From positions 39,822 through 103,821 of the forward strand of contig DYJD01000003.1 of assembly GCA_020723325.1 (NCBI GenBank): a stretch of 64,000 nucleotides of DNA, written 5' to 3'. The position numbers and the translations under genes are program-made. This document shows, in pieces, positions 24,972-33,365 of this stretch (its first letter is position 1; every line of letters starts with the position of its first letter). The stretch comes from Desulfosudis oleivorans. GTDB lineage: Bacteria > Desulfobacterota > Desulfobacteria > Desulfobacterales > SURF-7. The notes under the pieces are model-generated. The model was not told where the DNA came from. It searched no databases and saw only the letters and a program-made list of their open reading frames with translations.

Positions 24972-25345
24972 CAGGCCCCTCCTGTTACGATTTTTCTGAT
25001 GGTCTCGGCATTGGCGGAAGAAAGATCCTTGAACTCGCAGCCGAAACAGACATGATCCAGCATGGACTCGTTCAGGAGCCAGCGGACCTGCATGGTGGTG
25101 CCGATCAGGAAGGAAAGATCCAGGCGACCTTCAAAGTAGATCAGTTTAAGCCATTCGTTTTTGGATAAGGTGTGGGAAGGGTTTTTGGCCGAAGCCAAAC
25201 CAAGGCCGCCTTCACTGATGTTCAGGATCTTGGTCTGAATAACGGCCTTGGAAGCGGTATTTTTCATGACCCAGGCGTTGACGGTATCGGCCGCAGCGAG
25301 CAATAAGCGCTTGTATTTCCTTTTTTCAATTCCTCCCGCCTGCAT
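24971..25345 (-). CDS. Stand-alone PilZ domain protein (paralogue 1)
   Basis: Start at ATG 25345 (MQAGGIEKRKYKRLL). RKYKR and NISEGGLG motifs. Collinear similarity to the downstream paralogue. Confidence 0.8.
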   Translation of the reverse strand: MQAGGIEKRKYKRLLLAAADTVNAWVMKNTASKAVIQTKILNISEGGLGLASAKNPSHTLSKNEWLKLIYFEGRLDLSFLIGTTMQVRWLLNESMLDHVCFGCEFKDLSSANAETIRKIVTGGA

Positions 25346-25502
25346 GAGCCCTCCAATGGCTATGATCTTTTTCGGAAAAAAGAACATATGCCAACAGGCC
25401 GGGCGTGTCAAGGCATTCTCAATACGATACCACGGTAAATTTGTTCTATCGCGCTAAATTGTGCCCACAGGTGTTTTTGTCATTTGAAGATTCTTTTTGA
25501 GA

Positions 25503-25672
25503 CACGGATTTCACGGATTAACACGGATTACAGACAGGGTGATATGAGCAACCCTGCTGCTGGATGGATAGCTGGTTTGGGAGTTAAAAAGTAAAAGCCT
25601 GTGAATGAATGACGGAAAAACGATATATGCTGTGCTATGCTTTTCATCCGTGTAATCCGCGCAATCCGTGTC
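25503..25672. repeat. CACGGAT(T) heptamer-arm inverted repeat element
   Basis: CACGGATTTCACGGATTAACACGGATTAC ... CATCCGTGTAATCCGCGCAATCCGTGTC. Confidence 0.75.
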
Positions 25673-25740
25673 GGAAAAATCTGTCGTTATGTAGTTTATC
25701 TTTTGTGAGAGATTGGGTATTGTCTCTGCCATCCAACTGC

Positions 25741-25775
25741 TCGGGGTCGGTATCGGTATCGGAATCGGTATCGAG
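25741..25775. repeat. Solo arm of the GGGGTC/GGTATC family
   Basis: TCGGGGTCGGTATCGGTATCGGAATCGGTATCGAG. Confidence 0.7.
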
Positions 25776-25821
25776 TTTTTTATTTTTTTCCCCCCGCCCC
25801 TCCCAAAGGCGATTCGCCAAT

Positions 25822-25877
25822 GGGACGGGTCGGAGTGTCCCGCCGGAGGGTAGGGGCGGTTCACGAACCGCCCCTAC
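25822..25877. repeat. GC-rich hairpin REP units
   Basis: GGGACGGGTCGGAGTGTCCC and GTAGGGGCGGTTCACGAACCGCCCCTAC are near-perfect palindromes. Confidence 0.65.
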
Positions 25878-26006
25878 GGCAAGGCCATCGCGTTGGGCCT
25901 TAAGATCAGTAGGGGAAACGCGCTTGTTTTTCGTAGTTTATAGCACACCAGGAGTAGGGGATATTTTTTGCATGCGATTGCCCTGAAAACAATACCGGGA
26001 GATTAT

Positions 26007-27605
26007 CTATTTTGAAATAAAACCCGCTTCCCGCGCGCGTTTGATCATTTCCGGCTCTTCCCAGGTCTTTTTCACGCCGAAATCCTCGGCAATGATGTTG
26101 GCGCCGATATAACCGCCACCCCCCAGGATCATGCCGCCGGGATAAACGCTGGCGCCGCAGACATAGTAGCCCTCAAGGGGGGTGTAGGTTCTGGAACAGG
26201 CATCATTGGGCCGGAAATAGCCCATCTGCAGGGGCAGGTAAGCGCCGTGCTTGAAGGAGCCCCGCACCATGTTTTTCAGTTTTTTTTCAATATAGGTGGG
26301 CGGGTAGGCCAGGGTATGCAAAGGCTCAAGATTGGGGGCATAGCGGCGCCAGGTTGCCAGGCATTGGGCGGCATAGTCATCCTTGATATGCTCCCAATCA
26401 CAATCAAAGGGGACCAAACACTCCCAGCGCCCGGTATGGCAGTCTTCAAAGGCCTGCAACCGATCAAAGCAGGATGCGCAGGTAATATGGCCCAGGAGTT
26501 CGCCGGGTAGTTTCCCGTTTTCCAGTTCTTCCAGGTGGTCCAGAAGCTGGTCCGTATCCCGTATCCCGAGAAATGTGATCATGGCCCGGCCGGCATCCGT
26601 TTCCGTGGCCGCGGCCCGGTAGCGGGGCATCTCCCGCAAGGCGGCATGCACTCCGAAAAAAGTGATTTTTTCCCAATTCCAGCGCCGGGCGCTTTCCACC
26701 ACATGTTCCGGCAGCTCGTCTTTGCCAAAAAAATCCAGAAAACTTTGTTTGGGGTCCAGGGTGGAGACCACGGCCTTGGCGTCGATTTCACTGCCGTCGG
26801 CAAGCACTACCCCCACGGCTTTGCCTCCGGCTGTTTTGACCCGCACAACCTCGCTGGTGTCCAGGATGGTGCCGCCGGCCTGGACCACGCTTTTATGCAG
26901 GGCGGAAGACAGCCGGTGGGAGCCGCCCACGCACAGGGCCGCATTGGTCATGCGAAAGACATACAGGGGGAAGAGGTAGCCGATGGCTTCCACGGGGGAA
27001 AGTCCCCACATGGTGAACAAGTTCAGCAGGGCCGCCTTGAGGGGTTCCTGGAAGTCATAGTGATTCAGGATTTCAAGGGGGGTCAGTTCGGCAATGGCAT
27101 TGAAACGCCGACCCGTTTCATCACCGCTTTTTTCCAACAGCAGGAATTGATCCATGGCCGGGATGGGCGGCACATAGGTGAGGGGCATGAGGATTTTTTC
27201 AGAATAGGCTTTGAAGTCCGCGTACATGCATGCATATTTTTCGCCTTCCCGGGCGGAAAAGCGCCGGGAAATATGGGCGATGGTTTTGAGGGGATCGTGA
27301 TATAGGATCAGGGGGGGCATATCTTCAGTCAAATAGGCAGCCTGAACTTCCGGAAAGATATAGCGTAATCCCCTGGACTTGAGATTCAGATCTGAAAAGG
27401 CCGGCATGACTTCCGCCATGAGATGGTATACGGCATGGGGGTTGAACTTGAATCCGCCAAATTCCAGGGTATCCAAACCGCCGCCGGTTTCGTGCCGCCG
27501 TTCCAGGAGGGCGGTCTTTAAACCGGTGCGGGCCAGATAGGCGGCACAGATCAAGCCATTGGGACCCGCGCCGATGATAACCACATCATAGTTTTGTTTC
27601 TTCAT
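26007..27605 (-). CDS. FAD-dependent oxidoreductase, phytoene-desaturase (COG1233) family, subunit-like B
   Basis: Start at ATG 27605. YDVVIIGAGPNGL dinucleotide-binding motif. The ~530-aa length and layout fit the CrtI/CrtISO-like family. Confidence 0.8.
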   Translation of the reverse strand: MKKQNYDVVIIGAGPNGLICAAYLARTGLKTALLERRHETGGGLDTLEFGGFKFNPHAVYHLMAEVMPAFSDLNLKSRGLRYIFPEVQAAYLTEDMPPLILYHDPLKTIAHISRRFSAREGEKYACMYADFKAYSEKILMPLTYVPPIPAMDQFLLLEKSGDETGRRFNAIAELTPLEILNHYDFQEPLKAALLNLFTMWGLSPVEAIGYLFPLYVFRMTNAALCVGGSHRLSSALHKSVVQAGGTILDTSEVVRVKTAGGKAVGVVLADGSEIDAKAVVSTLDPKQSFLDFFGKDELPEHVVESARRWNWEKITFFGVHAALREMPRYRAAATETDAGRAMITFLGIRDTDQLLDHLEELENGKLPGELLGHITCASCFDRLQAFEDCHTGRWECLVPFDCDWEHIKDDYAAQCLATWRRYAPNLEPLHTLAYPPTYIEKKLKNMVRGSFKHGAYLPLQMGYFRPNDACSRTYTPLEGYYVCGASVYPGGMILGGGGYIGANIIAEDFGVKKTWEEPEMIKRAREAGFISK

Positions 27606-27643
27606 GAGGCGCTCCTTCTTTCTTTCCTGTTGATTCCCGGTTG

Positions 27644-27680
27644 GCAATTAGTTATTAACAATTGATTATTAACTATTAGA
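27644..27680. repeat. AT-rich TTAATAATCAATTGTTAAT-type repeat
   Basis: CAATTAGTTATTAACAATTGATTATTAACTATT is the reverse complement of the motif at 5418-5458. Confidence 0.4.
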
Positions 27681-27686
27681 ATTGCA

Positions 27687-29399
27687 TTATTCTTTTCCAG
27701 CCGCCGGAATGCGCGCCGCGTTTTCCACATACCAGTTGAAGGCCTTGGCCTGCCACCAGGATTGATCCCGTACTCCCGCGTCTTCCGCCACTTCACAAGC
27801 GGTCATATAGCCGGAAGACAGCAGGGTGTTGCCGAATACATGCACGGAATTGGACAAATACAATTTGTCGATGAAGGTTCTGGAGCCGCCGCCCTTCAGC
27901 ACGCCGGGGACCGGCCGATTTTCGTAAAACTGCTCCGGTATCATGCTGCCGCCGGCCCAGGTGCCCAGAACAGCCGAGGGATTGTTGCGGAACTGATCCA
28001 GGGGGGAATAGATGATACGTTCCTTGATATGGCCGGTAAAACCCGGGGCATGGCGCTCCCAGGCCCCATCGATTTCATCAGCCAAGGTGTATTTCAATTT
28101 GTCCCAGACTTCAAACCCGGCGGTAAGTGCTGCGCCTTTCCAGGCCGTCGGTTCCGGCGGCACATCCAGCCAGGTGTTGACCACGTGGCAACCCGCCGGG
28201 GCCTGGGATGGATCGGCCAGGGTGGGCACATACCAGTTCACGATGATTTCATCATGGATGGTTTTTCGGTGAATGCCTTGCATGATACCTTGCATGGACC
28301 GGGTGGTGTCGCCGCCGAAATAGCCCATAAAAGTTTTTTGGATGCCCGGATCGAATCCGGCGGAACGGAATTGCGGGGCCTGGTCCAGGGCATAATTGAC
28401 CACAATGATGTTCTGGTTGTCATAGCAGAAGCCCTTGATGCGTCGAGCCAGGTCCACAGGAAGATGCTCTTCGCCCACCAGGCGGATGAAGGTGGGCACC
28501 ACTGTCAGATTGCTGACGATGCGCCGGGCCGTGAAAATTTCATTGGGATAGACCGCATCTTCGGACAACACCACGGCCTCGGCGGTGTTGTTGCGCACCA
28601 GAATGCGTTTCACCGGGCAACAGGGCAGAATTGTAACACCATAGGAAAGGGCCGCCTTGACCAGAGCGTGGGTCAAACCATGGGAGCCGCCTTTGGCAGT
28701 ATGCACCGGGAAAAGGGGGCCGGTGAAATTGCCGAATACAGCAGCCCCCAGAGTGCCCACCCGGGGATGGATGGGTGGGAACCCCGCCAGCCAGGACAAG
28801 GCCTGAATGGTGGTTTTGATATGTTCCGACTGATACATCAGATCCAGGATCTCGAATCCGTTCATTTTAAGCAGGTCTTCAAAGCGGGCGGCCAGGCCCA
28901 GGGAGCGAAGGAAGTCTTCGAACAGGGCGCCCAAGGCCCGTTCTTTTTCCAAAGCCGGAGCCGTGTAGATCCAGGTATGCATGGCCTCCATCAAGTCGGC
29001 CATGCGCGGCAGCATGAATGCCAGGGCTTTTTCAATCAGGGCTGCATCGGCCTGGGAATGTTTCTGCCAGTTCACCAGGGTGTCGGCCGGATTGTTGCCG
29101 ATGAGCACATTGGTGCCGTCCGCAAAAGTCTTGCCAAAGGCATAGCGGGTGGCACGCCATTCCAAGCCGAATTTTTCCAGCTCCAGATCCGTCATGGCCG
29201 GACTCACGGCGCTGATCAGCCAGGTGGCGTGCAGATTGTGAAGAAAGCCGGGAATTCCGGGCTCGCTGGTATCGCAATGGGTGCCGCACTGTCCCCGGGC
29301 TTCCAGTACCAGGGTTTTCAGTCCGGCTTTGGCCAGATAGGCGGCACATGCCAAACCGTTGATGCCGCCGCCGATGATGATCACATCATAATCCGCCAT
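27687..29399 (-). CDS. FAD-dependent oxidoreductase, phytoene-desaturase (COG1233) family, subunit-like A
   Basis: MADYDVIIIGGGINGLACAAYLAKAGLK, 570 aa. It is a paralogue of the downstream gene, on the same strand with an 81-nt gap. Confidence 0.8.
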   Translation of the reverse strand: MADYDVIIIGGGINGLACAAYLAKAGLKTLVLEARGQCGTHCDTSEPGIPGFLHNLHATWLISAVSPAMTDLELEKFGLEWRATRYAFGKTFADGTNVLIGNNPADTLVNWQKHSQADAALIEKALAFMLPRMADLMEAMHTWIYTAPALEKERALGALFEDFLRSLGLAARFEDLLKMNGFEILDLMYQSEHIKTTIQALSWLAGFPPIHPRVGTLGAAVFGNFTGPLFPVHTAKGGSHGLTHALVKAALSYGVTILPCCPVKRILVRNNTAEAVVLSEDAVYPNEIFTARRIVSNLTVVPTFIRLVGEEHLPVDLARRIKGFCYDNQNIIVVNYALDQAPQFRSAGFDPGIQKTFMGYFGGDTTRSMQGIMQGIHRKTIHDEIIVNWYVPTLADPSQAPAGCHVVNTWLDVPPEPTAWKGAALTAGFEVWDKLKYTLADEIDGAWERHAPGFTGHIKERIIYSPLDQFRNNPSAVLGTWAGGSMIPEQFYENRPVPGVLKGGGSRTFIDKLYLSNSVHVFGNTLLSSGYMTACEVAEDAGVRDQSWWQAKAFNWYVENAARIPAAGKE

Positions 29400-29419
29400 G
29401 GCTTCTTCCTTTCTTGTTT

Positions 29420-29785
29420 TTAATGGTTCACCACCGCCGGGCGCCGGCCCGGTCTGCCGCCGCTCATCACCTGCTCGTAGGCGGTGTTGACGCGTTCTTC
29501 CAGATTCTCCCGGTCTTCAGCAGGGCTGGTGTCGCGTCTGAAAAGATCGAGGAAGTAGCGATGCAGATTGCGCACGATGAATTTCAGCATGGCAAAATGC
29601 AGAAACATTTGCATAAAGCCGGGCAGGTCGTCGGGTTGCAGGGTGATACGAAATTCCCAATTCACCGGCTCGCGCATGCGGCCGATGATGAACAAATCCC
29701 GGCTGCCGGGCTCTTTGACCAGTTTGTAATACCGGAAGTCCATCAACACTTCCGTCTTTCCCAGACCCCGTGACCACAATTTCAT
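29420..29785 (-). CDS. Small conserved-looking protein heading the flavoprotein pair
   Basis: 121-aa ORF ending 20 nt before the first flavoprotein gene. No family recognised. The start could be the internal MDFRYYKL. Confidence 0.5.
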   Translation of the reverse strand: MKLWSRGLGKTEVLMDFRYYKLVKEPGSRDLFIIGRMREPVNWEFRITLQPDDLPGFMQMFLHFAMLKFIVRNLHRYFLDLFRRDTSPAEDRENLEERVNTAYEQVMSGGRPGRRPAVVNH

Positions 29786-29888
29786 AAGGCCCCCATAATT
29801 ATATTTATATGAATGATTTTAAACAAAATACATTAAAAAGTGTTAAGTTATACTTAACACTATCGCGACTGAATCTGCAAGTCAATTG

Positions 29889-30055
29889 TTTTTTTCGGGG
29901 TCGGGGTCGCTATCGGTATCGGGATCGAAAACAGCAGCGGGATAGACCCTGAAATCGAATAACTTCAGGCTTCATCCTGCGGTCTATATGCCAAGTAGTT
30001 ACATGTGTATCAACATTTCGATACCGATACCGACCCCGACCCCGACCCCGATAAC
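29889..30055. repeat. GGGGTC/GGTATC hexamer-arm inverted-repeat element, family 3, copy 3
   Basis: TTTTTTTCGGGGTCGGGGTCGCTATCGGTATCGGGATCGAAAAC ... TTCGATACCGATACCGACCCCGACCCCGACCCCGATAAC. Confidence 0.85.
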
Positions 30056-30217
30056 AAATGCCGACCATTCCCACCAATTCCTTGACAGTGCCGCTCCTTT
30101 GGGCTAAGTCTCGCCATAACCAAGATAAACATTTTCCGACGAATATGGCGATTTCACGCTGGGCTTAACTGCAGTCGGTGTTACCAATGATCCGCTACAA
30201 CCAAAAGGAGGGGGGGT

Positions 30218-31096
30218 ATGAGTTTTTCAGAGACAAGAACGGAGGTTTTTCAGGCCGACGCTAATACGAAACTGCTGGTATATGAATGGATTCCCGAAAC
30301 AGAGCCCAAGGCGGTCATGATCGGCGTGCACGGCGGCCTGGCCCATGGCGGTGACTGGGTTACCCCTGCTCTCTATTTCAAGGAAAAAGGTTTCGCCACC
30401 TATGCCCCGGATCTGCGCTTTCACGGGACCTTTGACAAGCACAATCCGGGTGGGAAGGTTTTTTTCCATATCAATTCCTACGATGACTATGCCAAGGATC
30501 TCCATGCCTTTTGCGATTGGGTGCGCAAGCGCCATCCGGGCAAGCCGGTTTTCATCATCTCCCATTCCAACGGCGCGTTGATTTCCCTTTACTACGGGCT
30601 CACCCTGGGCAAACAGGCGGATATCAGCGGCTTCATCATTTCCTCACCCTGGCTGGTGAACCGCGTCAAGGTGCCGGGGATATTGAAAGCTATATCCAAG
30701 GTGATCGCCAAGGTGCACCCCACTTTTTCCATTGTGCCGCCCTCCCTGACCGACCAGCTCACCAGGGACGAAAAAATTACGGCCCGTCATCATCATGATG
30801 AGGAGATCGGTCTCCGGGGCAAAAAGGTTTCAGCCAAATTGGGCGTGGAAAGCGAAAAGACTCAGGCTTGGGTCTTGGAAAACCTGAAGCATTGGGAGAA
30901 ATTCCCGCTCTTTGCCGTCATCGCCGGGAACGATCAGTTGGCTGATCCGGAAGCCTCCCACGCAGCCCTGAAAACCGTTTCCTCCAAACTGGTCACCATA
31001 GTGGTACACCCCAACAACTACCATGAAAATTTCAACGAAATCAACCGGGCCGATATCTTTGGGGCGATTTGGCAGTGGATGGAGAAGCTTTTGTAA
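30218..31096 (+). CDS. Alpha/beta hydrolase, lysophospholipase / monoacylglycerol-lipase-like
   Basis: HGGLAHGG, nucleophile elbow ISHSNGA, and a C-terminal His region (NYHENFNE). Confidence 0.75.
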   Translation: MSFSETRTEVFQADANTKLLVYEWIPETEPKAVMIGVHGGLAHGGDWVTPALYFKEKGFATYAPDLRFHGTFDKHNPGGKVFFHINSYDDYAKDLHAFCDWVRKRHPGKPVFIISHSNGALISLYYGLTLGKQADISGFIISSPWLVNRVKVPGILKAISKVIAKVHPTFSIVPPSLTDQLTRDEKITARHHHDEEIGLRGKKVSAKLGVESEKTQAWVLENLKHWEKFPLFAVIAGNDQLADPEASHAALKTVSSKLVTIVVHPNNYHENFNEINRADIFGAIWQWMEKLL

Positions 31097-31108
31097 AGAA
31101 GGTAAATA

Positions 31109-31178
31109 GGCTGAAGACTGAAGACTGGAAGTAAAAAATGATTACAAACCACCAGCCTTCAGCCTTCAGTCTTCAGCC
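31109..31178. repeat. CTGAAG(A/G)-heptamer inverted repeat (hairpin) between convergent genes
   Basis: GGCTGAAGACTGAAGACTGGAAG ... CCAGCCTTCAGCCTTCAGTCTTCAGCC. The right arm overlaps the last codons of hisD. Confidence 0.75.
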
Positions 31179-32475
31179 TGCGTCTTATTTTAATTGAATT
31201 GGCATGGGCCGAAAGGCCTTCCACCCGGGCCAGGGTGATGATGTCGCCGGCCTCTTTTTGAAAGGCTGCGGCCGAATAGTGGATCAGGCTGGTCTTCTTG
31301 ATGAAATGATCCACGGACAGGGCCGAGGAGAAGCGGGCGGTGCCGGCGGTAGGCAATACATGATTGGGGCCGGCAATGTAGTCACCCACCGGTTCGGGGG
31401 TATAATGGCCCATGAAGACCGCACCGGCATTGCGGATTTCGCCTACCACCGCAAAGGGATTTTCGATGAGCAGTTCCAGATGTTCCGGGGCGATGCGGTT
31501 GGCAAAATCGATGGCGGCGGCCATGTCTGCCACGAGAAAGATTCCGCTGTAGCGGGTAAGGGATTTTACGGCGATCTCCTTACGTTCCAGCAGGGCCAAC
31601 TGGGCCTGAACCGCCGCAACCGTTTCCCCGGCAATCTTTTCCGAATCCGTGAGCAGGATGGCCGAGGCCAGGGGATCATGCTCGGCCTGGGAAAGCAGGT
31701 CCGCGGCAATGAATTCCGGGTTGGCCGAATCATCGGCGATGATTAAAATTTCGCTGGGACCGGCGATCATGTCGATTCCCACAGTACCGGCCACCATTTT
31801 TTTGGCCAGGGTGACATAGATGTTGCCGGGGCCCACAATCACATCCACCTTGCGTACCGTCTCGGTGCCGAAGGCCAGGGCTGCCACGGCCCAGGCGCTG
31901 CCGGCCTTGTAAATGGCATCAACACCGACCTTTTGGGCTGCCACCAACAAATGCGGGTCCACCTGCCCTTCACGGGTGGGCGGCGTGGTCATGGCCACAT
32001 GCCGGACACCGGCGATCTTGGCCGGAATAGCGCCCATGAGGACCGAGGAGACCAGGGGGGTTTTGCCGCCCTGGGCGCCGGGAACATATAAGGCGGCCGC
32101 ATCCACCGGATTCACCATCTGGCCCAGGAAGACCCCCGGCCGCGGGGTTTGAAAGCGGGAAAAGGAGCGCTGCTGCTGGTGAAAACTGTTGATCTGGTCA
32201 ACGGCGCGCTCAAGTGCTTTCATGAAAGCGCGGTCCACTTTTTTGGCAGCGGCCTTGATTTCCTTTGCGCTGACCATCAGGTCCGCGGCTTTTAAATCCG
32301 GCGCGTCGAATTTGTTGGTGTATTTTATCAGGGCCGCATCGCCGTTCTTCTTCACGTCTGCCAGAATACGGGTAACAGCCTGGATATCCTGTTTTCGAAA
32401 GGCAACATCCCGTTTGGTAACGGCTGCCATCCTGGCCTGGGCTGCCTGGGAGGGGTATCTAAAAATTTTCAGCAT
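31159..32475 (-). CDS. hisD: Histidinol dehydrogenase
   Basis: [26 protein letters not shown] and [19 protein letters not shown] signatures. 438 aa. Confidence 0.92.
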   Translation of the reverse strand: MLKIFRYPSQAAQARMAAVTKRDVAFRKQDIQAVTRILADVKKNGDAALIKYTNKFDAPDLKAADLMVSAKEIKAAAKKVDRAFMKALERAVDQINSFHQQQRSFSRFQTPRPGVFLGQMVNPVDAAALYVPGAQGGKTPLVSSVLMGAIPAKIAGVRHVAMTTPPTREGQVDPHLLVAAQKVGVDAIYKAGSAWAVAALAFGTETVRKVDVIVGPGNIYVTLAKKMVAGTVGIDMIAGPSEILIIADDSANPEFIAADLLSQAEHDPLASAILLTDSEKIAGETVAAVQAQLALLERKEIAVKSLTRYSGIFLVADMAAAIDFANRIAPEHLELLIENPFAVVGEIRNAGAVFMGHYTPEPVGDYIAGPNHVLPTAGTARFSSALSVDHFIKKTSLIHYSAAAFQKEAGDIITLARVEGLSAHANSIKIRRRLKTEG

Positions 32476-33195
32476 TTAATCACCTTTTTTGGGAAAAAGC
32501 AAAGCCCGCATCCAACCGCGCAGGGTGTTGCCGGTAAGCATGGTGCGATCCAGCTCATCGATCTGACGGTCCAGGGAGGCCGGGTCGGAAAAGAAATGCT
32601 CGCGGGTGACGAAGGTTGCATCGGGGTCCAGGGGCTTGACCACCCTGGCCGGATTGCCGGCCGCCACTGTATTGGGCGGGATGTCGGAGACCACCACCGA
32701 CCCGGCGCCGATGACGCTGTTGCGGCCGATGGTGACGCCTTTGCAGATGATGGCGCTGTCGCCCACCCAGACGTTTTCTTCCAGGATCACCGGCGCGTCG
32801 GGGCCCGGTTCGATGCGGTTGTAAAGGCCGTGCCAATCCGCGTCGGTTATATAGACATTGCCGGCCAGCATGCAATTGTTCTTGATCTCGATATGCCGGG
32901 CGGCGCCGATGCGCACTCCGGGACAGATCAGGCAATAGTCGCCGATACGGATGCCGGGAATATCGGTTTCGCCGGACCAGATGGATATTCTGACCTTATG
33001 TTCCGGCGTGGTGATGATGTTGGCAAAGGCGCCGATGCGGATGGGCGCGCCGAACAGAATCAGATTCCAGGGCTGGAGCACCGTAAAGCCGTCCCCCAGG
33101 TGTTCCAGTTGCGGCCGGATGAATCTGCGCACATAGAAGGTCTGGAAGCGCAGATAGGCTTTTTTCATGAAATAGGGGCGGTGGTCATAGCGCAT
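32476..33195 (-). CDS. Hexapeptide-repeat (left-handed beta-helix) acyl/acetyltransferase
   Basis: IGDYCLICPGVRIG and VWVGDSAIICKGVTIGRNSVIGAGSVV hexapeptide repeats. The stop abuts the hisD start. Confidence 0.8.
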   Translation of the reverse strand: MRYDHRPYFMKKAYLRFQTFYVRRFIRPQLEHLGDGFTVLQPWNLILFGAPIRIGAFANIITTPEHKVRISIWSGETDIPGIRIGDYCLICPGVRIGAARHIEIKNNCMLAGNVYITDADWHGLYNRIEPGPDAPVILEENVWVGDSAIICKGVTIGRNSVIGAGSVVVSDIPPNTVAAGNPARVVKPLDPDATFVTREHFFSDPASLDRQIDELDRTMLTGNTLRGWMRALLFPKKGD

Positions 33196-33269
33196 GGGAA
33201 ATCAAAATTTTCTATCTTCCTAATGACTATCTTACTTATGACTAACTTTGATGCATTCACTTTTTTTCC

Positions 33270-33339
33270 GTCATTCCCGCGCAGGCGGGAATCCAATTTT
33301 TTTCGAGTAGTTCTGGGCTCCCGCCTGCGCGGGAGTGAC
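33270..33339. repeat. GTCATTCCCGCGCAGGCGGGAATCC-type REP pair in inverted orientation
   Basis: GTCATTCCCGCGCAGGCGGGAATCC ... CTGGGCTCCCGCCTGCGCGGGAGTGAC. Confidence 0.7.
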
Positions 33340-33365
33340 AGCGGTTGGGACTTTTTACGATTCCA

